Shown: positions 30,506 to 39,933 of the stretch, one piece after another
Position numbering within the stretch: the first letter of the stretch is position 1
Layout of the letters: every line of letters starts with the position of its first letter
Notes under the pieces: generated by a model
What the model was told of the DNA's origin: nothing
Databases searched by the model: none
Seen by the model: the letters and a program-made list of their open reading frames with translations, nothing else
Made by a program: the position numbers and the translations under genes
From: an uncultured Gemmatimonadales bacterium
GTDB lineage: Bacteria > Gemmatimonadota > Gemmatimonadetes > Palauibacterales > Palauibacteraceae
Length of the DNA: 64,000 nucleotides
Reading direction: 5' to 3'
NCBI GenBank assembly: GCA_963783385.1
Contig: CAWANJ010000009.1
Coordinates: 96,001 to 160,000 of the forward strand

Positions 30506-31747
30506 GTGAGCTCCTTCGACCGTGGTGGGCGTCCTCGTGGCGCCTCGCTCCCCCTCGTCCGGACGCTACCGGCGGTCGCCGGGATCCTCCTGGCGCTCGC
30601 TCTCACCCTCGCCCTCCGGACCGCTCCGGCGGCCGCCCAATCGGCCCCCCGCGCCCGGGACCTCGGCATCCCGTTCGAGGGGACGCCCGGGCACTTCGAC
30701 GCGATCACCGACGTGCCCGGCGTCGAGGTCGGGGAGAAGACGGTCATCGAGGGGAGCGGCGAGCTCGTGGTCGGGAAGGGGCCGGCCCGGACGGGCGTGA
30801 CGGCCGTCTTCCCGCTCGGCAAGGAGGCTACGGATGGGGTCGCCGCGGGCATGTTCACGCTCAACGGCGACGGGGAGATGACCGGCTCCCATTACGTCAA
30901 CGAGTTCGGGGAGCTGTACGGACCGGTCATGATCACCAACACGGTGAGCGTGGGCACGGTGTCGGCCGCGACCATCGAGTGGGATCGCCGGCACATCCAC
31001 GTGCCGCCCGCCCTGTACGCCCGCGTGCTCCCGGTGGTCGCGGAGACGTGGGACGGGTTCCTCAACGACATCTACGGGCAGCACGTGACCCGGGCGGACG
31101 TGTTCGCGGCGCTGGACAGCGCGCACGGCGGCCCGGTCGCCGAGGGCGACGTCGGCGGCGGCACCGGGATGAACTGCTACAGCTTCAAGTGCGGCACCGG
31201 CACGGCCTCCCGGATCGTCGAGACCGAGCACGGCCAGTACACCGTGGGCGTCCTGGTGCAGGCCAACTACGGGAGCCGTGACGAGCTGCGCGTGGCGGGC
31301 GTCCCGGTGGGGCGCGAGATCACCGACCTCATGCCCGAGCGGGGCGAGGACGCCCGGAAGCGGCAGCAGGGCGGCCACTCCATCATCGTCGTGGTGGCCA
31401 CCGACGCTCCGCTCATCCCCAAGCAGTGTGAGCGCCTGGCCCGCCGCGTGTCTCTCGGCCTGGGCCGCAACGGCAGCATCTCCGAGAACGGCTCCGGCGA
31501 CATGTTCATCGCCTTCTCCACCGCGAACCACGTGCGGCACTGGGGCGCCGACATCAAGCACCTGGGAATGGTCACCGACATCACGCCCATCTTCCGGGGC
31601 GTGGTGGACGCGACCGAGGAGGCGGTCATCAACGCGCTCGTGGCCGGCAAGACGATGGTGGGACGGGACGGCAACACCGTCTACAACATCCCCCACGACC
31701 GGCTGCGGGCGATCCTGAAGAAGTACGGCCGGCTGAACGACCAGTGA
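30506..31747 (+). CDS. Exported DmpA/BapA-like aminopeptidase (P1/S58)
   Basis: RARDLGI, ITDVPGVEVG, VVAETWDG, VGGGTGM, VQANYG, SIIVVVATD, SGDMFIAFST; signal peptide. Confidence 0.92.
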   Translation: MSSFDRGGRPRGASLPLVRTLPAVAGILLALALTLALRTAPAAAQSAPRARDLGIPFEGTPGHFDAITDVPGVEVGEKTVIEGSGELVVGKGPARTGVTAVFPLGKEATDGVAAGMFTLNGDGEMTGSHYVNEFGELYGPVMITNTVSVGTVSAATIEWDRRHIHVPPALYARVLPVVAETWDGFLNDIYGQHVTRADVFAALDSAHGGPVAEGDVGGGTGMNCYSFKCGTGTASRIVETEHGQYTVGVLVQANYGSRDELRVAGVPVGREITDLMPERGEDARKRQQGGHSIIVVVATDAPLIPKQCERLARRVSLGLGRNGSISENGSGDMFIAFSTANHVRHWGADIKHLGMVTDITPIFRGVVDATEEAVINALVAGKTMVGRDGNTVYNIPHDRLRAILKKYGRLNDQ

Positions 31748-33120
31748 GTCCGGCCGCCGCGCGGGACTCCGGGGCGGGGACGGTCCGGGGAATCGGCCTG
31801 TGGACGGCGGGCGCGCTCGTCGTCGGCAACATGATCGGCTCCGGGGTCTACCTCCTGCCCGCCGCGCTCGGGCCCTTCGGGGGGATCAGCCTGGTCGGGT
31901 GGCTGTTCTCGGCCGCGGGCGCCATGCTGCTCGGGGTCGTGTTCGCCCGGCTGTCGCGCAGGGTGTCGGGGGCGGGAGGACCCTACGCCTACAGCCGGGC
32001 GGGCTTCGGGGACTTCGCCGGCTTCCTGGTGGCGTGGGGCTACTGGATCTCGATCTGGGCCGGCAACGCGGCCATCGCCGTGGGGTTCACGACCTACCTG
32101 GGCTACCTGGTGCCGCCCCTGTCGGCCACCCCGGCCGCCGGTGCCCTGACGGCCGTGGCGGCGATCTGGGTGGTGACGGCGATCAACGCGCGCGGCGTCC
32201 GCGAGGCCGCCATCGTCCAGGGAGTGACCACGGTTCTCAAGATCGTGCCCCTGGTGGCCGTGGGGGTCATCGGGTGCCTGTTCTTCTTCAACGGCGCTCA
32301 CTTCCACCCGTTCAACGCGAGCGGCGGCTCCACCCTGGGAGCGGTGGCGACCACCGGCTCCCTCACCCTGTGGGCCTTCCTGGGCCTCGAGTCGGCCACG
32401 GTGCCCGCCGAGGAAGTCCGCGACCCCGGCCGTACCATCCCGCGGGCCACGCTGCTCGGGACGGGCTTCGCCGCCCTCATCTACATCGTGGCGACGGCGG
32501 GGGTCATGGGCGTGATCGCCCCCTCGGCGCTGGCCGTCTCCCAGGCCCCGTTCGCCGACGCGGCGCGGGTGATGTGGGGAAGCTGGGCGGGGAAGGCCGT
32601 GGCCGCGGGGGCCGCCATCTCCTGCCTGGGCGCGCTGAACGGGTGGGTCCTGCTCCAGGCCCGGGTGCCCTGGGCCGCCGCGCGCGACGGCCTGTTTCCC
32701 GAGCGCTTCGGCCGGCTGTCCGGCAGCGGCACGCCCGTGTTCGGGCTGGTCGTGTCGAGCGCCCTGGCCACGGTCCTCATGGCCACGAACTACACGGGCG
32801 GCCTGATCGCCGTGTACAAGTTCGTGATCCTGCTCTCCACCCTGACCTCCCTGTTCCCCTACGCCCTGTGCGCCATGGCGGAGCTCGTGCTCTTCATCCG
32901 CGAGCGCGAGCGGTTCGAGGGGGAGAGGCTCGCGGCGGCCGGGGCCATCGCCGGGGCGGCGTTCCTCTACTCGCTGTGGGCCATCTACGGGACGGGCCAG
33001 AAGACCGTGTTCTGGGGCTTCCTGCTCCTCATGGCCGGGGTGCCCGTATACGTGTGGCTGGTGTCGAGCCGGGCGCGTGCGGCGGCGGGTGGGGCGGGTC
33101 CGGGCGAGGCGACGCGGTAG
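31744..33120 (+). CDS. APC-family amino acid/polyamine permease
   Basis: GNMIGSG, GGPYAY, WAFLGLESA motifs (PotE/CadB/AdiC-like); ~12 TM segments. Confidence 0.93.
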   Translation: MSPAAARDSGAGTVRGIGLWTAGALVVGNMIGSGVYLLPAALGPFGGISLVGWLFSAAGAMLLGVVFARLSRRVSGAGGPYAYSRAGFGDFAGFLVAWGYWISIWAGNAAIAVGFTTYLGYLVPPLSATPAAGALTAVAAIWVVTAINARGVREAAIVQGVTTVLKIVPLVAVGVIGCLFFFNGAHFHPFNASGGSTLGAVATTGSLTLWAFLGLESATVPAEEVRDPGRTIPRATLLGTGFAALIYIVATAGVMGVIAPSALAVSQAPFADAARVMWGSWAGKAVAAGAAISCLGALNGWVLLQARVPWAAARDGLFPERFGRLSGSGTPVFGLVVSSALATVLMATNYTGGLIAVYKFVILLSTLTSLFPYALCAMAELVLFIRERERFEGERLAAAGAIAGAAFLYSLWAIYGTGQKTVFWGFLLLMAGVPVYVWLVSSRARAAAGGAGPGEATR

Positions 33121-33295
33121 CCGAAACCGCCACACCTCCCCTGCGGGAAGGTTCCATTTCGGCAGTGGCATCGGTGTGGCAGCGCGAGGGGGCCAGCCTC
33201 TGTTGAGGCACTGTTGATACTTCGTATATGACTGGCAACCAATGGGATGGGACTTCACATGTCCCGGGCGGCTCTCTGGAGGACGTCACTTCCTC

Positions 33296-33324
33296 TTGAC
33301 AGTGATTGAGCCCCTGTATACGGT
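33296..33324 (+). promoter_or_regulatory. Sigma70-type promoter for susC
   Basis: Perfect TTGACA (33296-33301), 17 nt spacer, TACGGT (33319-33324), in an AT-enriched intergenic region. Confidence 0.6.
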
Positions 33325-33471
33325 GTGCCAATGTTAGCGGGGCGTCCGTCCGGAGGGACGGAATGCCCGCGCACGGAAAAAAGAGACGCCGTACCTCGAC
33401 GTGGCCGGAGGTTGGTTCACGACGCCACGGACCTGCGGGTCGCGGGGTACGCACTGAGCCGAGGTACTGCC

Positions 33472-36423
33472 ATGCGCGCACTTCGTTCTGCGGCCCTGCT
33501 TCTCGCCGTCTCTCTCCTCACACTCTTCGCTCCGCCGCTGCACGCCCAGCAGGCCCAGGGCGTGATCGCCGGCCGCGTCATCGACGCGTCCAGCGGCAAG
33601 CCCCTGGCGGGAGCGCAGGTCTCGATCCCGGGGACGGGGCTCGGGGCGATCTGCAACGCCCAGGGTCAGTTCCGGATCGAAGGCGTGACCGGCAGCTCGG
33701 TCACGTTGCGGGTGCAGCTCATCGGCTACACGACCAAGAACGTTCCGGCCTCTCCAGGGGTGACTGACCTTACGATCTCCCTGGACCAGTCGGCGGTGTC
33801 GCTGGAACGGATCGTGGTCACGGCGACGGCGGGCGGCACCAAGGAGCGGGCGCTCGGCAACAAGATCGCCTCGATCAACGCGTCCGAGATTCAGGACGCG
33901 TCCGCGGCCAACTTCTCCAATGTCCTGCACGGCCGTGTGACGGGCATGGTGGTGAGCCAGGGTACCGGCGGCGTGGGCGCGGCGTCGAGGATCGTGGTCC
34001 GCGGCCGGGCGACCCTGTCCCTCAGCAACGCCCCGATCGTCTACATCGACGGCGTGCGCATGAACAGTCAGTCGGAGGGGGGCTTCGGCGAGCAACAGGT
34101 CTCGCGACTGGATGACCTGGACCCGGCGGACATCCAGGACGTCTCGGTCATCAAGGGTCCCTCAGCCGCCACTCTGTACGGCACCGAGGCCTCCAACGGC
34201 GTCATCCTCATCACCACCAAGAAGGGAAGCGCCAGCAAGCCCCGGCTCCGTCTGGACGTGCAGATGGGCAGCAACTGGCTGCGGAATCCCTCCAAGCGGT
34301 TCCTGATGCCCAACTACTACAGGGATCCGAGCTCGGGCACCGTGATCTCGGACAACCCGATCCAGCGCTACGCGGACGCCGGGAAGAACATCTTCCGGAA
34401 CGGGCTCAACCAGCAGTACACGGCGTCGCTCTCGGGCGGGAACGAGGGCCTGCGCTACTACATGAGCGGCCACACGGGACTCAACAACGGCGCCGATCCG
34501 GAGAACTTCGCCGACAAGTACGGCGGGCGCCTCAACCTGACCTTCAGTCCGATCCCGAGCCTGGACATCCAGAGCGGCGTGGGCGTCCACATCGACCGGA
34601 TTGGGCTGGCCCCGCAGGCGGTCGACGAGCTGGGCGTGATTCCGTCGATCATGTGGGGCTGCCCGTGCGACCTGAACAGCCCGCTGGATGGGTTCGAGAT
34701 CGCGCCTCCCGATGTGCTGCGGCGGGCCACCAACCAGTCGGAAAACTCCAACCGCTTCATCCCGAGCCTCACCATCACGCACAGGCCATGGTCGTGGCTC
34801 ACGCAGCGTCTGAACTTCGGCGTGGACTTCACGGACCAGCAGATCGTCCACTTCACCCCCAAGCTGGACGCCCACGACGCGCAGTTCTTCGGACCAGGCA
34901 CGGCCAACGGTACCAGGGAGGTGGACCGCGAGGACGACATCTACACGACCCTGGACTACGGGGCGACGGCCACCGCCCAGGTGAACGACAATCTGCAATC
35001 CAAGACCTCCGTCGGCCTGCAGATCTACGCCAAGCACCTGGAGTATACGACCGCGAACGGTCAGAACTTCCCGAACGCGGGGGTCAAGGTGGTGGCCGGG
35101 GCCGGACTGCAGAAGGGGACGGACAACTACCTTCAGAACAACACGGTGGGCGGGTTCGTGCAGGAGCAGCTGGGCTGGAAGGATCGGCTGTTCCTGACCG
35201 GCGCCGTTCGCGGCGACAAGAACAGCGCCTTCGGCTCGGGCTACAACCTCGCCTACTACCCCAAGGCGAGCCTGAGCTGGGTGGTGAGCGAGGAGCCCTG
35301 GTGGAAGTTCGGCTTCGTCAACTCCTTCAAGATCCGGGCGGCCTACGGGCAGAGTGGCCAGCAGCCCGACGCGTTCGCGGCCCTGCGCACCTTCCAGCCC
35401 CAGTCGATGCCGGACGGCTCCTCGGCGATCACGCCGCAGGCGGTCGGCAACCCCGACCTGGGCCCCGAGCGCGGCAAGGAGATCGAGGCGGGCTTCGACG
35501 CCAGCATGTTCTCCGACCGGGTGTCGGTGAGTCTCACCTACTACAACGATCACACGACCGACGCGATCCTGCAGCGCAACGTCGCCCCCTCGACCGGGTT
35601 CGGCGCCAGCCAGCAGTACGTCAACGTCGGCGAGGTGTTCAATCGCGGCTTCGAGGTCGACGTCCACGGCCAGCCGATCAACTCGAGCATGGTGCAGTGG
35701 GACATGGGCGTCACTTTGGCGACCAACCACAACCTGATCACGAAGCTCGGCATCCCGGGCTACCTGGCCATGGGCTGGACCGGTCGTAACCAGCAGGGCT
35801 ACCCGGTCGGCTCGCAGTGGGCCCACAAGGTCGTCAGCGCCCAGTACGATCCCAACACGCAGGAGGCGGTGAACATCCAGTGTCAGCCCACCAACGGCGG
35901 CACCACGGACTGCCTGGACGGCCCCCGCGTCTACCTGGGCCACCCATATCCGGACGTGTCCGGCTCCTTCCGGACCAACGTCACGCTGGCCGGACGGCTC
36001 ACGCTGAACGGCCTGGTCGACTTCAGGGTCGGGCAGACCAAATACGTCACGGAGTTCTGGAACCGCTGCGTGTGGCGGCAGGTGTGCCGGCAGAACGCAT
36101 ACCCCTCCCAGTACGACCCGAAGATCCTCGCGGCCATTCAGTTGGGCGGAGCCGACGAGTTCAGCTGGTGGCTCCAGAAGGCCAGCTTCGCGCGGCTGCG
36201 GGAGCTGTCCCTGGACTACACCCTTCCGGAGCGGTGGGCGCATCGGCTCGGCGCCACCAGCGCGCGCGTCAGCATCGCCGCCAACAACCTGGGCTACATC
36301 TCCAACTGGCCCGGCATCGACCCGGAGGCGGTGAACCTCCAATACGCGAACTCGCTTCTGGAGGGCCAGGCGGCGATGCCCGCGCTCCAATCGCTGACCG
36401 CCCGCATCGACCTGGTGTGGTGA
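33472..36423 (+). CDS. susC: SusC/RagA-family TonB-dependent outer membrane transporter
   Basis: Signal peptide, CarboxypepD_reg-like N-domain, plug VIKGPSAATLYGTEASNGVILITTKKG, GNPDLGPE, C-terminal Trp. Confidence 0.93.
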   Translation: MRALRSAALLLAVSLLTLFAPPLHAQQAQGVIAGRVIDASSGKPLAGAQVSIPGTGLGAICNAQGQFRIEGVTGSSVTLRVQLIGYTTKNVPASPGVTDLTISLDQSAVSLERIVVTATAGGTKERALGNKIASINASEIQDASAANFSNVLHGRVTGMVVSQGTGGVGAASRIVVRGRATLSLSNAPIVYIDGVRMNSQSEGGFGEQQVSRLDDLDPADIQDVSVIKGPSAATLYGTEASNGVILITTKKGSASKPRLRLDVQMGSNWLRNPSKRFLMPNYYRDPSSGTVISDNPIQRYADAGKNIFRNGLNQQYTASLSGGNEGLRYYMSGHTGLNNGADPENFADKYGGRLNLTFSPIPSLDIQSGVGVHIDRIGLAPQAVDELGVIPSIMWGCPCDLNSPLDGFEIAPPDVLRRATNQSENSNRFIPSLTITHRPWSWLTQRLNFGVDFTDQQIVHFTPKLDAHDAQFFGPGTANGTREVDREDDIYTTLDYGATATAQVNDNLQSKTSVGLQIYAKHLEYTTANGQNFPNAGVKVVAGAGLQKGTDNYLQNNTVGGFVQEQLGWKDRLFLTGAVRGDKNSAFGSGYNLAYYPKASLSWVVSEEPWWKFGFVNSFKIRAAYGQSGQQPDAFAALRTFQPQSMPDGSSAITPQAVGNPDLGPERGKEIEAGFDASMFSDRVSVSLTYYNDHTTDAILQRNVAPSTGFGASQQYVNVGEVFNRGFEVDVHGQPINSSMVQWDMGVTLATNHNLITKLGIPGYLAMGWTGRNQQGYPVGSQWAHKVVSAQYDPNTQEAVNIQCQPTNGGTTDCLDGPRVYLGHPYPDVSGSFRTNVTLAGRLTLNGLVDFRVGQTKYVTEFWNRCVWRQVCRQNAYPSQYDPKILAAIQLGGADEFSWWLQKASFARLRELSLDYTLPERWAHRLGATSARVSIAANNLGYISNWPGIDPEAVNLQYANSLLEGQAAMPALQSLTARIDLVW

Positions 36424-36476
36424 GGATGAGCATCCCGACGTCGAACGCGTTCCGCGGAAGGACAGGAGAGGCAACC

Positions 36477-37769
36477 ATGGCAGGTCGACATAGCCGCAGG
36501 TGGATGGAGCGTGGGATCCGGATGGTCGTGGCGGGCGCCATGGCGGCCCTGGTGACCGCGTGCGGACCCCTCGACAGCCTCACGAACGTGGAAGAGCCCT
36601 CGCAGGTGCAGGCCTCGGACGTGCAGGACCCCGCCAGCGCGGAGCTCCTGGTCAACAGCTCTGTCAACGACTTCCAGTGTGCGCTGGCCGGCTACATCGT
36701 GGCGACCGGCTACGTGGGGACGGAGCTGGAGGCGGCGTCCAACACGGGTGGTGGCTCGTACGTGTTCTACGACCAGCGCGCCTGGACGCCAGAAGGATTC
36801 GGTGCCACCTATGATACCGGCAACTGCGGCAGCCTGACCATCTACGAACCGCTTTCCACCGCGCGCTGGATGGCCGACAACGCCCTGACCCTTCTGGAGG
36901 GTTGGACGGACGCGCAGGTGGCCCACCGCAAAGATCTCATGGCGACGGCGGCGACGTACGCCGGTTACAGCTACACGCTGCTGGGTGAGAGCATGTGCTC
37001 GGCGGCGTTCGACCTCGGACCGGCCCTCCAGCCGGCCGACATCTTCAAGCTGGCCGAGGCCCGGTTCAGCACGGCGATCCAGAACGCCAGCGTGGACAGC
37101 ATCAAGAACATGGCGCTCGTCGGCCGCGCACGCGTGCGGCTGGACCTGGGAGACATGGCCAACGCCAAAGCCGACGCCGACCAGGTGCCGCAGGGCTTCG
37201 CCGTGTACGGGAGCTACTCGAACGTGGCGTCTACCACGGAGAACACGATCTGGACCACCATGAACCGGGAGCTCACGGCCTCCGTCGAGGGCCCGCCCTA
37301 CAGGAACATGCAGTTCGATGGGACGCCGGACCCACGCGTCCAGCTCACGGACCTGGGCATCAAGGGCCCCGGCAGCGACGTGGAGATGTTCGCGGCCGAC
37401 AAGTACCCGAGCATCTCGAGCCCCATCCCGATCGCCACCTGGCGTGAGGCGTGGCTCATCCGGGCCGAGGGTGACCTGGCGGCCGGGAACGTCCAGTCGG
37501 CCGTGGACCGGATCAACGACCTCCACGACAACGTGGGATTGCCCCACTACAACAGCACCAACGCCGACTCCGTGATGGAGCAGCTCATCTACGAGCGGCG
37601 CGCCGAGCTCTTCCTGGAGGGGCAGCACCTCGAGGACATCAAGCGCCTCAACCTGCCGCTCGTGCCGGCGCCGGGGACGCCGTTCCGGTTCGGCGGAAAG
37701 TACCAGGCCCAGACCTGCTTCCCGCTTCCTGGCGTGGAGTACCTGAACAACCCGAACACGAACGGGTGA
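36477..37769 (+). CDS. susD: RagB/SusD-family nutrient-binding lipoprotein
   Basis: Lipobox VTAC; E.WLIRAE; ERRAELFLEG.H..D.KR. Directly downstream of susC. Confidence 0.9.
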   Translation: MAGRHSRRWMERGIRMVVAGAMAALVTACGPLDSLTNVEEPSQVQASDVQDPASAELLVNSSVNDFQCALAGYIVATGYVGTELEAASNTGGGSYVFYDQRAWTPEGFGATYDTGNCGSLTIYEPLSTARWMADNALTLLEGWTDAQVAHRKDLMATAATYAGYSYTLLGESMCSAAFDLGPALQPADIFKLAEARFSTAIQNASVDSIKNMALVGRARVRLDLGDMANAKADADQVPQGFAVYGSYSNVASTTENTIWTTMNRELTASVEGPPYRNMQFDGTPDPRVQLTDLGIKGPGSDVEMFAADKYPSISSPIPIATWREAWLIRAEGDLAAGNVQSAVDRINDLHDNVGLPHYNSTNADSVMEQLIYERRAELFLEGQHLEDIKRLNLPLVPAPGTPFRFGGKYQAQTCFPLPGVEYLNNPNTNG

Positions 37770-37794
37770 GGTCGATCCGGCGCGAACTCACGCC

Positions 37795-39863
37795 ATGACG
37801 GGGATCGCGCATGGGAGGGCGGTGCGTCCGGCGCTTCGGCGACCGGATGCGCCGCCTTCGCCTTACGGGCTGCTCGCGTCGGCCGTGGCGTGTGCGGCGC
37901 TGGTGGCGTGGAGCGCGGCGCCGGCGGCGGCGCAGGCGGGCGGATCGGGGGCGCGGCGGCGACGGGGCGGCTGGGGCCGGTGCTGCCGGTGCCCTACGAG
38001 CGGGCGATCGAGGCGGGGACGCGGAGCCGGACGGGGGCGCCGGGTTCGAAGTACTGGCAGAACGGGGCGGACTACGACATCCGGGCGCGGGTCTCGCCGC
38101 GCGACTCGCTCCTGTCGGCCGACGAACGGGTGGTCTACCACAACCGCTCGCCCGACACCCTGACGACGGTCGTCTTCCACCTGTACCAGAACCTCATGAG
38201 CCCGTGGGCCCGGCGCGAGCGGCCCACGGCGCCCTGGATCGCCACCCACGGCATGGTGATCGAGCGGCTGGTGGCCCAGGGCCGTCCGATCGCCATCCCG
38301 GACAACATGCGGGGCGAGCCGGCGGGGCCGCGTGGCGCCAGCATCTACAGTACGCTCATGTCCGTGCCCCTCCCCGAGCCCCTCCTGCCTGGCGACAGCG
38401 CCGCCTTCCAGGTCTCCTGGCACTTCAAGATCCCGCCCTCCCACGTGCAGGCGCCCGGCTGCTGGGGAGGATGCCGCATGGGGATGCAGGACCCGGGGAC
38501 GGCGCAGGTGGCGCAGTGGTACCCGCAGATCGCGGTGTACGACGACGTGCACGGGTGGGACACGGAGCAGTACACGGGGACGGGGGAGTTCTACCTGGAC
38601 TACGGGCGGTTCCGGTACAGCGTGACGCTGCCGGCGGGCACCATCGTGGGGGGGACGGGGACGCTGGAGAATCCCGGCGAGGTGCTGACGGCGAAGGAGC
38701 GCTCGGCGCTGGAGCGGGCGTCGAAGACGGACGAGGTGGTGCAGGTGCTCACGGAGGACGAGTTCGGGGCGGGGACGGCGACGCGGGGGGCGCCGGGGGA
38801 GGCCCTGACGTGGAGGTTCGAGGCGGACAGCGTGCGGGACGTGGCGTTCTCGTTCGGGGACCACTACCGGTGGGACGCGACGCGGGCGCTGGTGGACTCG
38901 GCGCGGGGCCGGTACGCGGCGGTGAACGTGTTCTGGCGGCCGGGGGCGCCGCGCTTCGACCAGGTGGCGGCGATGGCGCGCTCGGCGCTGGAGACGCACT
39001 CGAGCCTCATGGTGCCCTACCCCTACCCGCAGCTCACCGAGACCGAAGGCGTCCGGGGTGGGATGGAGTACCCGATGACCGTGTTCGTCGAAGCGTACGA
39101 CAGCGCCTACGACGAGGACGAGGTGACGGCCCACGAGATCGGGCACGAGTGGTTCCCGATGCTGGTGGGGTCGAACGAGACGCGCTACGGGTGGCAGGAC
39201 GAGGGACTCAACACCTTCGACACCTTCTTCGCCACCGATGCCTTCCTGCCCGCGATGAAGGGGGAGGGGCTGCGCCGCTCCCAGGAGGGCTACGTAAACC
39301 ACGTCCTGAACACGGACGAGGACCTGCAGATCATGTCCCCGGCCAACGCGTTCGACGTGGTCGACGGCGGCTACTCGACCGAGGCGTACGACAAGCCGTC
39401 GGCGGCGCTGTGGGCGCTGCGGTCGATCCTGGGGGACGGGGCGTTCCGGAAGGCGTACAGGGCGTACATCCGGCGGTGGTCCTACCGGCACCCGACGCCG
39501 TATGACTTCTTCGCGACGATGGACGAGGTGACGGGGCGGGACCTGGGGTGGTTCTGGGGTCCGTGGTTCTTCGGCCGGGGCCGGCTGGACCAGGCGGTAG
39601 AGAAGGTGGAGCCGTCGGGGGGCCGGGTGACGGTGACGGTGGCGAACCGGGGGCGGCTGTACGCGCCGGTGGACGTGACGGCGACGCTGGCGGGCGGCGG
39701 GACGGTGCACTGGCGGGAGCCGGCGTCGGTGTGGTTCGGGGGGAAGACGAGCGTGACGACGAGCCACGCGGCGAGCGGGACGGTGACGAAGGTGGAGCTG
39801 GACGCCGCCCACGACTTCCCCGACGTCGACCGCTCCAACGACAGCTGGACGAGGACGCCGTGA
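37795..39863 (+). CDS. Exported M1-family metallo-aminopeptidase with one frameshift near 37950
   Basis: Signal peptide in frame 37795; mature part in frame 37890 has YWQN, GGMEYP, HEIGHEWF...DEG, YDKP. Adding one G to the run at ~37947-37951 joins them. Confidence 0.88.
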
Positions 39864-39933
39864 CACGGAGGCGGCGCTGAAGCCCGAGGACTCTCGCGGA
39901 GGCCGGCGGGACCCGGACCCGGCGGACGGCGGC

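Noticed and set aside
33166-33181. Sigma54-like TGGCATCGGTGTGGCA upstream of susC
   Set aside because: GG/GC spacing fits, but it lies within an inverted repeat just after the permease stop, and a better sigma70 promoter is closer to susC.
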